Assembly: GCF_004010195.1 (NCBI RefSeq)
Contig: NC_057733.1
Span: forward strand, 40,068,441 to 40,132,440
Reading direction: 5' to 3'
DNA from: Chiloscyllium plagiosum
Taxonomy: Eukaryota
Length of the DNA stretch: 64,000 nt
Part shown: positions 23,237-35,936 of the stretch, in pieces
Numbering within the stretch: position 1 is the first letter of the stretch
How the letters are laid out: the number at the start of each line of letters is the position of its first letter
Made by a program: the position numbers and the translations under genes
Notes under the pieces: generated by a model
The model's input: only the letters and a program-made list of their open reading frames with translations
Told to the model about the DNA's origin: nothing
Databases searched by the model: none

Positions 23237-24849
23237 CAATGGTTTCACTCTCCACCATTGATGGCATCCAAGCTCAGGACAGGACAAGAGGTCAGTAAAG
23301 AGAAGGAGAGAAAAAAATACAAGACAAGACAAAAAACCTGAAAGAAAAGTGGTCAGAGTGGATGAGTCCTGGCTCTGGAACTGTACTCCGCTGTCATCTT
23401 GATGATATGATGGATATTTCTAAAAAAGGCTAATACTGAAGACTGCAATTAGCTCCATCCAATCTGATAATGTCATACAATTTTGGGTAGGGATGAGGCA
23501 CAATATTTTAGGAACTTATAGAGTGCAGATCTTCATACGCAAGTTTCCTTACACAATTTTAGTAATAATTGCTGTTATGAAATAAATTACATCTTGTTAA
23601 GTCAAAAGTCTCTTCTTGTAGAGACTCAATAGTAGTTGCTCCTCTACCACCATAAACTAGATGAACCCTTAGCCCAGCCGAGGAAAGAGGAATGGTGGCA
23701 ATATTCTTCTACCCCTCGATGCTGCAATTATTGTATTGTCCTGACTATACTGACACATTAAATAACACTATAACAGCACCATTTGCCATGAAGCAAATGT
23801 TCACTGGAACAAAGGGCAACCATTGGAAAGCAATCCAGTTTTTTTTTCATTGTAGTGTCAGCCTGAAGAAAATCCAAAATGAATATTATTAGTTTTATAA
23901 GAACTAACACAGAGTTTAGATGTACAGTAGATTCCATATTTCACGAGGTCTCATCTGGATTCCTATGTCTTGAAACTACTTTAAATTCTAAGAAAGAAAA
24001 TACATTGTATTCCGGCATGTGACTTTAGAGATGTTTACAATTCGGACGAGAACCTGATTAGACTATTTATGGTCTCTGGTTTAGACACTGCTCAGTGCTT
24101 TCAAAACGGGTGATTTGCAATACATCTATGAGACAGTGACAGGTTAATTTTGTTTTTGTAGCAGTTACATTCATAAGTTACAAATTGTACTGCGTTTTAC
24201 ATTACAGGTATCAAAATATGACTTTATTTTAGAAAATGTAGAGAAACCCACAAATTGCTCCCAAGAATTCAAGGCACTTGATATTTTTCCAAAATGCGGA
24301 AAATATTTGGAAGAAAATGAAAACATTCTGACTGTTTTTTTCTGGCACTTGAAGTATTTCAAGAATATTCCAACTCTTCCTAATTATTTATTAAATGATA
24401 GATTTAGGACTGGAAACAAGAATCAGCTGAAACAGTGGTCACTAAACTTTTACAAGTTTTACATCTTATAAATTTGTAATTCAAGGTAGAGTTAATTGTA
24501 GATAAATGCACATTAATCGAGCAAACAGGCAACAAGGGAGAAATTAGCCCTCATTACACCTGTTTATGGACAAAATAGTGACACAAATTGGAAGAAATTC
24601 ATTGGACGAGTTTCCAGGTCCCAAGAACACCTCAGATTGCATTGTTCGTTTTTCAGTTGTGTCTGGTATTAATCCATTGGATATGCTAATCAATGGCTTT
24701 TGAAATGCTTTCAAAATTAATCTAGGAACCAATTGACACTCCTTGACAAAGACTGAAACAGCCTTTGATGAAAACTGCAACAAAGAACTATGATTATCTT
24801 CATATGAGTAAGCAGTTTGTATGGAAACTTATGACCTCATTGATGCATA

Positions 24850-25132
24850 TGTTCTCAGGGGCTTTATATCTAGAGGGGTAATTTCTCTTTGTGTGAGAAT
24901 CTAGGGCCAGAGGCCATTATTGCAGAATAAGGGGTTGCATTTTTAAGACAGAGATGAGGAGGGTTTTCATCTCTTAGAGTGTAGTGAATCTATGGAATTC
25001 TTTACAGCAGAAAGTAGTCAAGACTGGATCATTATGCACTTTCAAGTCTGAAGTAGACAAATTGGTAAGAAAATCAAGGGTTGTAGGGGAAAGGCACGAA
25101 AGTGAAGTTGAGGGTTTTCAGAACAGCCATGA
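24850..25132 (+). mobile_element. CR1 3' end fragment
   Basis: tttaagacagagatgaggagg..gtagtgaatctatggaattc..cagccatga. Confidence 0.8.
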
Positions 25133-25229
25133 ATGTAATTTTTAATTTGCACTGCAACAAATCAAACTTGCATTAACACCACCTCCCAACCCTATGATCT
25201 TTGTCACTGAGAGAATCAAGAGCAGTAAT

Positions 25230-25340
25230 ATATTGGTCTACCACAGTTCAAGAAGACCCATTGTTACTTTGAGGGCATCTAGTGATGGACAATTAAATGA
25301 AGCCCTGCCAGCATATCCATCCTCTGAAGAATAGATGAAA
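25230..25340 (+). mobile_element. SacSINE1/CR1-type 3' tail fragment
   Basis: cagttcaagaag..gagggcatctagtgatggacaattaaatg..ctgccagc, the inverse of about 40495-40560. Confidence 0.5.
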
Positions 25341-25416
25341 TGAATGATTGTTTATTGATCCAGGTGGAAAGTATAAAAGAATGTCATTATCAACTATTCC
25401 CTACTTTCCTACCATA

Positions 25417-25786
25417 TAGAGGTTTATAAAATCATGAGGGGCATGGATAGAATAAATAGACAAGGTATTTTCCCCAGAGTGGGGAAGTGCAAAACTAGAG
25501 GGCATAGGTTTAAGTTGAGAGGGGAAAGATTTAAAAGGGACCTAAGATGGAACCTTTTCACACAGAGGGTGGTGTGTGTGTATAGAATGAGCTGTCAGAG
25601 GAAGTGGTGGAGGCTGGTACAATTACAACATTTAAAAGGCACCTGAATGTATAAATGAATAGGAGGGGCTTTCAGGGATATGAGTCAAATGCTGGCAAAT
25701 GGGACTAGATTAATTTAGGATATCTGGTTGGCATGGACGAGTTGGTCCAAAGGATCTGTTTTCATGCTGTACGTCTCTATGACTCT
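25417..25786 (+). mobile_element. CR1 3' end
   Basis: ORF 25434 (MRGMDRINRQGIFPRVG..TRGHRFKLRGERF) and ctctatgactct tail. Same subfamily as 21498-22168. Confidence 0.92.
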
Positions 25787-26364
25787 CCAGCAGTGAAAAT
25801 TACTTTTTTTAAAAAAAGTTACTGACTGTAAAGGACATTGGAACTCCCAAAATTGTGAAGAACTCTATGTAAATGTTTAGTTTTAAAATTCAGTTATTAT
25901 TTAATTATGGACCAATTTTGAGAATATAGGACGAATGTTTCAAATTTATCATCTTCACATTTGGTTTGTTCCATGTCATTTGAATGCACTAGATCTGAAA
26001 ATCTTGACCTCAGGTCAGCCAATTATTGGAGAAGGACGTCTTTCTCCTGGATCGAATATACAATAACATCTGTGATTGACTTGCCCTCCCACTACTACCT
26101 CCCCAACCCTGCCATCTTCTCCACCCTTCCCTGCACCCGAGTGTTGCTATTGGCAAGGCAAGGGGAACAGAATTTGTTTTTGATAATAACTGAGCTGCCA
26201 ATAAATGTCTAACAGTTACTGTCAGCTCACCCAAATGATTGCAGTAAGGGCTGATGAACTGTGTGTTGAAAAATGGGTTTCATCAAACGTTAATCCCGTC
26301 AGGTCTGATTTTTGTCATGTATTAATTGTTACCGATACATTCAGCATTTCTGTTTGCTGTGGCT

Positions 26365-26625
26365 GAAGCCTGGCAGTTTTGGATGGGCAGCCTGGGTCCC
26401 CAGCAGTTTCGACAGTCCCCTGTGCTCAGCGGTTTTGACATGCCCTTAGTTCTTGACAAGTTCGGCAGGTCCCTGGTCCTCAGCAGTTTCAACAGCACCT
26501 AGTCCTCAGAGGTTTCAACCAGCGCCCAGGTCTTGGTGGTGTCGAGAGGCACCAGTCCTCTGCAGTTTTGACATGGTCTGGTCCTCGGCAGTTTCGAGAG
26601 ACCCATAGTCTTTGGTAGTTGCACC
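26365..26625 (+). repeat. Degenerate minisatellite (about 27-30 bp, core GTCCTCAGCAGTTTCGACA)
   Basis: About 9 recurrences of cagcagtttcga / cggttttgaca variants. Confidence 0.8.
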
Positions 26626-26869
26626 AGCACTCCCTCCCCCTTCCCCCATCCTCAAAAATTGAGCAGGCCCCATTCTTCGCAGTGGATGGTTTGTGAAACC
26701 AAGATGACATGGAATTAACAAAAAATTATGCTTGACTTAACTTTGTCTCTTCTATTATATATAAATTATGTAAATAAATGGCACTGTTTCCATGGTGATT
26801 TGTATACATTTTGCTGTATTTTCGCAAATACAATTAACAATAAATATCTGTCTATTTGTATTTTTTAAC

Positions 26870-27680
26870 TTGTGAGAGACAGGGATATTTAGAAGGAATT
26901 CCATATTCATCTAAACAAATCACACAAAGTTAAAAAGCTGGTGTACAACAAATTACAGTATAATTACAGTATAAGAGTAATAATACAACAATACAGGTTT
27001 TGATAAGGCTACATCTGGACTGTTTTGATTCAGATCTATACTTCCTTGGAAGGAGTACAATAAATATAGTCTAACTCTTGGGATGAGGAGATTGGGGTCT
27101 AGATTAGAATGGTGCTGGAAAAGCACAGCCGGTCAGGCAGCATCCGAAGAGCAGGAAAATCGACGTTTCGTTTTGCCCGAAACATTGATTTTCCTGCTCC
27201 TCTGATGCTGCCCAACCGGCTGTGCTTTTCCAGCACCACTCTAATCTAGACTCTGATTTCCAACATCTGCAATCTTCACTTTTGCCTGGATGAGGAGATT
27301 GACCTATGAGAAGAAATTGAGCAAGGTGGAGTGATAACCAATGGAGTAGTAGAAGAAGGAGAAATGATCTAATTGAAATAAGGAACACTCTTAAGGATTT
27401 TGACTGGGTAGGTGCTGAGTAAATATTTCCTTGGCTTTGGAACATGAAGTGACAAGGTGATGAGAAGTTTCTTTCTTGAAAAGATTAAGAAACCTGGAAT
27501 TTCCTACTTGAGAGAGCTGTGGATGGTCAGTCACTGAACATATTCAAGATAGGGATCATTAGATTTTTGGGTGTTAAAGGATATGCTGTTAGTTTGGAAA
27601 GGTAATGTGGAGGTAGGCACTCAGTTTTGGACTTGTTGAATTTGCAGAATGGACTCAAAGGGCCAAATAGCCTATTCCAG
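26870..27680 (+). mobile_element. Old CR1 3' portion containing a PLE fold-back
   Basis: Decayed LIRLHL..LEGVQ..YEKKL..DLIE..NLEF path and a CR1 tail near 27670. Confidence 0.7.
27095..27287. mobile_element. Fold-back PLE-derived element with perfect 14-bp TSD
   Basis: GGATGAGGAGATTG at 27081-27094 and 27288-27301. Arms of about 74 bp (27097-27170 and 27178-27251). Confidence 0.93.
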
Positions 27681-28799
27681 TTGTTATCAGTAATGACAAC
27701 AAATATAATGATGTTTTAATGATGTGTTCAACCGACCTTTCTTGCTTTCTTAGCATTTATTAATTGAAATATTTCAAGTACTTAAATGAGAAGTTTAAGA
27801 GATGTTACATTGCATAGGCGTGTGGCAATGTTACATTATTTTTTAACATGTGAAGGTCATGAGCCTCAATAAGGCTAAATAAATTCATCAGTGAGAAAAA
27901 AACTTTCTGCTTAAGCACTCATAAATCATTAAGTGAATTTTTCTTCATTCAACATTTGCATTTCAGTGTTATTGCAGAATAAATCAAAAGGATACCGGTT
28001 TGCTAATAATGTTTTTTCAGACTAATATTGCAAGAATGGTTCATTTACTGACATAGCTCTGGGGACAGTGTGCTGTGTTTTTTCTTAAATGTTTTTATTA
28101 AATTTCTTTGTGGTTCAGCATTTTGGCAGGCATGTGTAGCGTACCCCTAACAGATCATTTTATGGACCTTGGAGACGTCTGCTGTAATTGCTTGTATTTT
28201 TGTAAAAAGATTTCTACTGTAAATAGAAAAATAAAAAATAACAAATGAACAGTGGCCTTTACCAACACCAAAATAATATCCCAGAGTCAAAATGTCAGCG
28301 GTGCTGATTACTCCTGGGCATTACATGTAGATGAAGCAACATTTCCACCAACATTCATGGATGGATTATTAGAGTAACAAATAAACTCTATATACCACTG
28401 GGTCGGCTGAACTGGCTAAATTGGGAGGTTAAAAGGAGCCTGTGGATGAAATAAGACTTGCTTCAAGTTGAACAAAACATGATGAGGACTGCAAAAGTCA
28501 GCAAATGGCAGCAAAGCTTAAATTGGAAGGTGTTTTGCCGTGCTTTCTTATTCATTATTCTTTGCCTCTCCCAGGAGTTTATGTGGATTGGAGGGCAGGT
28601 GCGGAAGAAGGCAATGAACTAGTCAGTCTTATCCTTAGGTAACCACAGTGATAGGGATGTCTGGTGGAGCAGCTCATCATACCTTCTCTGCCAACTGCAT
28701 ATGTGAGGAAATATAGAGGGGCATATACACATTTTCTGAATGTGGGAGATTGAGGGAGGGAAACCTGCAGTCAGTCAAGGTGAGAAAGCCTATTGTGTT

Positions 28800-29333
28800 T
28801 TCCAGTATGGACAATGACCATTGAAAAGTTAAGAATTAGTTTCAGGCTGGGGAGTGTGTGCTATCCATGGGATGGGAGTCCCAGAAAGTGGTGCAGAGGC
28901 TTTTGGAAGCAAGGCAATGGATGGGTCTCAGCATCTGCAATCCTCATCAATCCCCTCCCCCACATTCACTACATCCAACTCCTCGATCTTGCACAGCTTT
29001 CTAAAGAGCAAGGACAGACTCACCTCGTACCTTCCCCTGAGCCCAATATCCGAACTCCCCTCATCCAATTGACAGCCCACTCATAGTTATCAGGCTGTCA
29101 TGTGTCTGATCTGGGGCTGAGATAATTGCAGCCGAACACAAATAGGTTCTGAAGTGGACATCAATTGACCACTTCAGGGCCTCGGTTAACAGTAGAGCTG
29201 GAAGATCGAGCTTGGGCCTTCCCCTCAACTAGAAGTAATTCCAATGGAAGTGGGACAGTGGCAGGACTCCAGTTTGCCACCATTCTCCTAATAATGTTCA
29301 TTTCCTGCCACTGAGCCTACAAGATTCCACCCA
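28800..29333. mobile_element. Decayed non-autonomous DNA-transposon-like repeat (Harbinger-like end)
   Basis: GC-richer segment ending aagattccaccc, similar to GGGC/TGGATTT-type termini. The left boundary is uncertain. Confidence 0.35.
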
Positions 29334-30047
29334 AAATGTCTGATAGTGTCAAATGTGATGAGACCAAAGATTTTGGCTGTATTTGAAGTATATAGTTACC
29401 TGAAGGTAATTGAGGTAAATAAATATGTCTGAAGAAATATCTTGCAAAATCAAGATATGAAAATATGTTAATTTTATCTCAGAATAGCTCCAGATTCATC
29501 AGCCAGAATGCAAATAGGTTTCACTTGTGAAACTGTTGTGGTCAAATCTAAATTTCTCCAAGATTCCTCATAAGTGACATATGTAGATAGAGCCCATAAC
29601 TCTCTCAATTGAGATGGCACATTGGTGTGACTCTGGTTGACACACTTAGGAATTCAGCAAAGTCAGACAGCTGATTGATTGTAAACTTAATTCTTATGTT
29701 TTCATAGAAAAGGATTGACTCTTAAGGATAAAGATTATGCACTCGTTAATATAAGCTTCAGAGTGGAAAAGGTGCTTAGGGATATTATGAAGATGCCATC
29801 AATGCCTGTCAAAGCTGTTCTCAAAAGTTCAAGCACTTGATCTTTCCAAGTGGGAGATACAGACCAGGAAGGAAAAACAAAAGGTAAAATGTCTCAAATG
29901 TCCTGCCAACCAGCAGTTAGTTCTATCAATCTGCTGTTCAGGCCATGAGATGTATCTGAGGAATGAGCTTTTGACTTTACTTTGTCAACTCTGTTGCCAT
30001 ATAGTGTGTTTATAAAATAAAAATACATATTCATCATTAGTAAACAT

Positions 30048-30141
30048 TCTGGAGGATCACTGGACTCAAAACATTAACTTTGTTTTCTCTCATCCGATGC
30101 TGCCAGACCTGTTGACTTTCTCCAGCACTTTCTGTATTCAT
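30048..30141 (+). mobile_element. PLE terminal-repeat arm
   Basis: ggatcactggactcaaaacattaac..gatgctgccagacctg, as at 5900. Confidence 0.75.
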
Positions 30142-30256
30142 CTGATAGGCATGGATATTTGGGTAGGCAATACCATTCCTGATCAAGTTATTGCAATTCA
30201 GCAGAAGTAGGAAGAAAGAAAATCTGCAAATCTTCATCATACGTTAATTTAAATTT

Positions 30257-30448
30257 AAGGTGCTGTAGTCCTTAAGCTGCTCCCTCCCATTGGAGAGAGA
30301 GATAACTAATAGTGGTTTAACCTGAGGGTCACCACACCTCAGGGGAGGGGAGAGGTTGACAAAGAGAGTCTTTCATGGTAACCTCAGTCAGTGTGAGAAT
30401 TGAATACACTCTGCTGCCATCATTTGCCATCCGGGCAACTGAGCTAAT
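30257..30448 (-). mobile_element. tRNA-headed SINE
   Basis: Minus strand has TTAGCTCAGTTG (A box) and TTCAATTCTC (B-box-like). The body matches 5225-5428. Confidence 0.7.
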
Positions 30449-31179
30449 TCTCATATGGTATGAAATAAATTTCAAATCATAAGTGATTTGCTGAAAGAAA
30501 TAATCTTGCTCAATTCAGTGAGCTGCCTCTATTTATCTGGTTTTTGGTTATCTCTGACTTCTATGGAGTTCATCACCGAAAAGGCATCATAGCTACAAGG
30601 AGATTTTGGTCCAGACCATGATGAAGTTTGATAAACATTGACCTAAAAAGTATTGAATCCATAAGGAAACATTACCCAGCTTGGGTTGACAAGCAGGAGG
30701 CTATGCCTCATTAATGATTTTCTTGAATTATTTGAGAATAGAAAAGTGAATAGAATTTATTTTTAGAAGGCATTTCATGGAGTTATTGTCATTTTTTTAT
30801 GCAGAGGAAGAGAGGCTGAGAATTAAAAAGCTTAAAATAACAATTATGGCAAGAAACTTTAAAAATGAGTCATAACCTTTTCCACACTGATTAATTTGGT
30901 TTGGACAAATTGGTTGCAACTAATAGTTGCAGCGAATCGAGTCTGACGTTTTTGAGCTACGGTCTCCAAATATCTTGAGAAAAGCTTTTGGAAAATATGG
31001 TTAATAGCAAGGCAGTTATATTTGCTATCCATTTGCTTTACGTACGCAGTACTGAATGTGTGCCACTTAACAGCGTGTGATGTACTGGACCTCATCCTGC
31101 AGACTCAAGGATAAGGAATAGAGTGAGGAAGCCTCAAACCATCTATTTCTCATACACTGCCAGTGCAATTAGAAGTATG

Positions 31180-31758
31180 GGGCTGGATTTAATGATTTTT
31201 GGGAGTGCACATTTTCAGCAGCAACTCAACATCCACATGACTAAGAATGCCCACTGGATCAAGCACCAATCAGGAATTTAAATGCGGTCCAGCAGGATTC
31301 TTGGCTTCTCAGATTGTGTGTTGCCACTAAAGTCCCATTCTATCTGAAGCCAATAGCTACAGACACTGTGAGTTGGACAGTGTGATGAAGGACATTTTGG
31401 CAGTCAATCAGGGACAGGTTTTGAGGAAATAAGGATGACCGCTGAAGATTACTCTCTGGCCTTGCCTCTGAACTCAACGTCCCAGTCCCCATGAAATCCC
31501 TTCCTGTGAGGCCCGAAAATGGAACGCTCCTGAAGCCTGGGCCTCTTGCAATAATGTTTTGTGTTTGGTTCCCAGCTTCTGGAAGGGCAGGACTTCAGCA
31601 TTGAGGCTTGTGCTTCAGCTGGAATTATGCCAATCAGCTCCGAAAGTGGCTGATTGATGCTTAATCTGATGAGCTCTCCAACTGGTGGGGCTATGGACTC
31701 AGTCACCCCTGAAGATGCTCACTCCCTCATTTTGTGCATGGAACATTAAATCTTGGTC
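31180..31758. mobile_element. Candidate MITE with imperfect TIRs (Harbinger-like)
   Basis: gggctgGATTTAATG at 31180-31194 versus CATTAAATCttggtc at 31744-31758. Interior is GC-richer than the flanks. Confidence 0.45.
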
Positions 31759-32017
31759 TTAGTGGTTGAAAGTGATTTCTAATATCCATTCACCTTCCCC
31801 CCCAACCACCCCCCCCGCCTCACCTTTATGTGTGGCCCTTGTTTTGAAAAATGTGCCTCCATTCCTGAGACCTATTAGCTTTTCTCACTCTATCATATCT
31901 GTTCCTATAATACCTGAATAACTTTGGTGACATTTTGAAAGATAAAACAAGCAACACAACAAAATTCATGAGTTGGCAGTTTCCTATTTTCCTGTCTCCA
32001 GTTAGTCTTCTCTTAGA

Positions 32018-32081
32018 TTCCTGTTAATGATAGAACTCCCTTTCCTGTTAATGATAGAACTCCCTTTCCTGTTAATGATAG
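32018..32081 (+). repeat. Perfect 24-bp tandem repeat, 2.7 copies
   Basis: TTCCTGTTAATGATAGAACTCCCT starting at 32018, 32042 and 32066. Confidence 0.97.
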
Positions 32082-34084
32082 TACACTCCTTAAGTACGCA
32101 GTTGCCCATTTCTTTTACATTCAATAAATGGAATAAATGCTTACTACCTTTTTTTTAATGCGCCATCACCAATTTTTGGAAATATAAATGATATTGCACT
32201 ATTAAATGTGACAACTTCTCTAAGTGCAATGAATACTCATATGCATAAGAAAACTACAATTTCAAGCTATGAAATACATATGTGGTGCACGTGCACTCTT
32301 TCCTTTAATTATAGCCATCAGATTGAATTATAGTTGGTAAGATGCACAGATGCCCAAAAGGGAAATATGTGATCCTTCCTGTCTAATGCACTCAATTAAA
32401 AATACATTGTGAAGACTATCTTATAGATTATTTGAGTAAGGAAGATGTAAATAAATAATATGGTAGTGAAAAATAAAGTAAAATCATTTTTATGGCTGAA
32501 CATGAGGGCTTTGGTTTCACTTTGAGAAATATAAGGCAAACATGTATAAGATATGATTCATCTCCTCAAAAGGCTTATCATAAAAGGGATGACCATTAAA
32601 GCCCAGTGCATCTACAGTGATTGCTTTTATTTCACAACTTTTCGCTTGATTAGTTGGATGTAATTTTAATATCTTATAATTTACCTGTTGCTGTTTTCTG
32701 TAATGAAGTCTCCAAACTGGATGTATATTCCTCAATGAAAAACAAAGTATTTATTTCAAAGTTCTTTTGCAATTTGTACCAGTGTTCAAGAGGTCTAACT
32801 TCCCAAATCAGATTTGTGTGAACAATAGTACATCTATTGATGAAAAATCTGTTTCTGTTTAATTCCATTGTTGCCTGGCTACACATTGGAAAATGGGTAA
32901 AATTTGGAGAGCAGAATAAAAGTTTTGTCGGATTGTATTATATTCTTTTAGAACCTCTGTAATTCAGGACCCACAATAATTTCAAACAGCCCATTCCTAT
33001 TCTGTGCTTGAAAACAGGAAACCGCAAAGATAGCTTATGAATTGGCAATGGGACACAATGCCTGAATTTAAATTCTGTTGCAATGAAAAGTGAAAATTAT
33101 TGGGGAAAATCTGTATCTAAAATGGAGTAGAGGTCTTGAGATGATAAAGAAGAACCATGCTGTGAGTGAACATTAGTGTACTGGTTGTGACACTGAGTGT
33201 ACTTAATGTGGACTCAATAACATCAAAACTGATGATTTACTGTCTGGCAAATCAACATCAAATGATAATCTAAATGAATTTATGCCAAATTGGTACTTTA
33301 ACCAGTTGGAAATCAATCAACAATTGTTCTTAACAAATGCAGAACTCTGTAGATGCTGGTCTATAAACAATCCTTGTTTACTGACTTCCAAAATTCCAAT
33401 CCAAATTGATTCAGAAGCCACAGGCAGAACCTTCCCAGACCCCGAATGATGTGGCTATGTCGAAAAATCTGGAGAATAGCCTGTGAAATTGAATGAGAGC
33501 TTTCTTGACATCGAGAGTAACAAGTCGCATTTTCTAACTGAGACTCAGACAACAAGATGCGATTCTTGCTATTGAGCAGTGAGGGCGAAATAATGGAGAT
33601 GATTGCTCCATAAAAACCTCACGATTACCTAATCTCACTTTATTAATCTGCAGGTTCCACTTCCCAATAGAGACTCAGAGAATTCATGGCACTAGCTCTT
33701 ACTCCAAGATGGCACTTATTCCAGCAAATCTCCACCTTGGACAACAGGCACAAACATCTTATGTCATATTCCATGGGTAGTGACTATGCACACCTCATTC
33801 TCCGCGGATGCTGACATAAAGCATATGGCAGCTTTTGTTCACCCTCGTGGCACATCTTAAGTGCACTTTCAGAATGTTGTTGAACTTTGATGCTGCACTT
33901 TTGAATACACATGTACCTTTTGGTACAAGCTGCTGCAAGGACTCTTTGCAAGGTGGTGGCCTAGACCAGGGGCATCTCTGGGCTGTTTGCTGGTTCTCTT
34001 AGCCCTCCCTTACTTAGCACTTTGCTTTGTGAAGGGTGGTTCTGGTTTGTGTAGTTCACTGCTTTCTCTGTCTACTTTAGGAGT

Positions 34085-34358
34085 TGTCTACTTGGTATCA
34101 GAAAATAAACCACAGATAAATATTAACAGATAAATACTTTCATAAGCAAGTAGTTTATTGCATGTTGTCAATGAGTACAGGTTACCTTAACTGGCTAGAC
34201 TTTATTACTCAGTATTATTAAGAATTGTGAAGAATGTAACTGCTCTTCTTAGGCACTCGTCCAGATCATAACTGCCTCCACCCAAAACCTGTGTGATTGG
34301 GTAAACTTAATACAACATCAGCATTAACTCCTTCAGAACCTTAGTATCTTATACAACA
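34085..34358 (-). mobile_element. Possible solo LTR (Gypsy-like)
   Basis: TG...CA ends (minus strand starts TGTTGTATAAGA), AATAAA on the minus strand at about 34154-34159, flanks gagt/gtgt. Confidence 0.4.
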
Positions 34359-34465
34359 GTGTCCGTACTCAATAGGATATCAAAGTCAGAATGTCTAACA
34401 TGAGACAAGTTAGGAGACCTGAATCAACTCATAAAGGAACAAGAATAAGAGGGTATAGACTTAAA

Positions 34466-34835
34466 GTGATCTACATGGCTTGGAAAGGGTGGACGTCAAG
34501 AAATTGTTTCCATTAGGCGAGGAGACTAGGACCCATGGGCACAGCCTTAGAATTAGAGGGGGTAAATTCAGAACAGAAATGTGGAGACATTTCTTCAGCC
34601 AGAGAGTGGTGGGCCTGTGGAATTCATTGCTGCAGAATGTAGCAGAGGCCAGGACGCTAAATGGCTTCAAGGCCGAGATTGATAAATTCTTGATGTCACA
34701 AGGAATTAAGGGCTACGGGGAGAATGCTGGTAAGTGGAGTTGAAATGCCCATCAGCCATGATTGAATGGCAGAGTGGACTCGATGGGCCGAATGGCCTTA
34801 CTTCCACTCCTATGTCTTATTGTCTTATGGTCTTA
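34466..34835 (+). mobile_element. Young CR1 3' end inserted in an older CR1 tail (about 34370-35070)
   Basis: ORF 34480-34743 (ERVDVKKLFPLG..FFSQRVVGLWNSL) and (tcttatg)n tail. Older CR1 resumes at 34836. Confidence 0.93.
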
Positions 34836-35199
34836 AAAGAAGCAAAGTGAAGATAACATTTTCACTCAGTCAATAACTAGGGTATGGAATATATTGCTTG
34901 AAAGTGTGGCAGAAACAGGTTCAGGTGAGGCATTTAAGAGAGTGTTGGATGATTATTTGGATATAAATAATGAGCAAGGGTGTGGAAAAAAGCAGGAGAT
35001 TGGCATTAGGTGATGATGCCATTGCAGGCAAGATGAGCCTCCTTCTGCACCACAACACTTTTATGAATTTCAGTCCCCAACTTGAAGACCCTCTTTCTCT
35101 TTTACTCTCTCCTTAATTATTATACCTGTCTATTAAAAACTGAACAAATAAAGTCCATCAACAGCCAAATGCTGATGTTCAGCAGTAGAGTCTGTTTTT

Positions 35200-35385
35200 G
35201 ATTAGATTAGATTAGATTCCCGACAGTGTGGAAACAGGCCCTTCGGCCCAACCAGTCCACACCGACCCTTCATTGATTAATCCACCCAGACCCATTTCCC
35301 TCTGACGAATGCACCTAACACTATGGGCAATTTAGCATGGCCAATTCACCTGACCTGCACATCTTTGGATTGTGGGAGGCAACCT
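35200..35385 (-). mobile_element. HE1/V-SINE-like 3' half with (gatta)n tail
   Basis: cagtgtggaaacaggcccttcggcccaac..gcaatttagcatggccaattcacct. Confidence 0.88.
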
Positions 35386-35589
35386 TGTTAGGTACCTTTT
35401 TTTAATCCACTCTAATGCCACCTCCACATGTCTGGCACAACTCACTCCCAAATTTTACCCCATGCGACTAGTGAAAAGTGAATTGGGCAATGAAAAATCA
35501 AACAGGCTTGGTAGCTGTTTGATTTGAAAGTGGGAGGAGGGCTTCAGATTTCAGAGACTGGTCAACACGTTGTCATTGTGCCTCATTTT

Positions 35590-35936
35590 ACATAGAATCC
35601 TAGAATCCCTACAGTGTGGAAGCAGGCATTTTGGCCCATCCAGCTCACACCTCCGAAGAGCATCCCACGCAGACTCACCCCTCTACATGATCCCTGTAAC
35701 CTTGTATTTCCCATGGCTAATCCAACTAGCACATCACTGGACACTATGGGCAATTAGGCATGGCCAGTCAACCTAAACTGCACATTGTTCAACTGTGGGA
35801 GGAAACTGGAGCATCCAGAAGAAACCCACACAGACACTGGAAGAATGTGCAAACTCTACAAACAATTGCCCAAAGGTGGAATCGAACCTGAGTCCCTGGC
35901 GCTATAAGGCAACAGTGCTAACCACTGACCCACCCT
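35590..35936 (-). mobile_element. Full-length HE1/V-SINE-like SINE
   Basis: Minus-strand B box GGTTCGATTCC and A-box region, V domain and CR1-like tail. Confidence 0.9.

Larger units (their letters stand above)
20465..23401 (-). mobile_element. Candidate non-autonomous retroposon carrying an internal minisatellite
   Basis: Minus strand begins CAAGATGACAGCGG at 23401 and ends in a LINE-like tail (tttctcactgtaaatacatatgacgaaaaaaa) at about 20470-20505. The minisatellite lies between. Confidence 0.45.

Noticed and set aside
20982-23341. Many overlapping 60-197 aa ORFs with LGPLESA / CWAHSSL / SGPSADS repeats
   Set aside because: These are translations of a stop-poor 21-bp minisatellite, open in several frames on both strands and running through inserted transposons.
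34094-34103. TGGTATCAGA as a tRNA-Met primer binding site
   Set aside because: No upstream LTR or downstream gag/pol is visible, and it lies inside the putative solo LTR.
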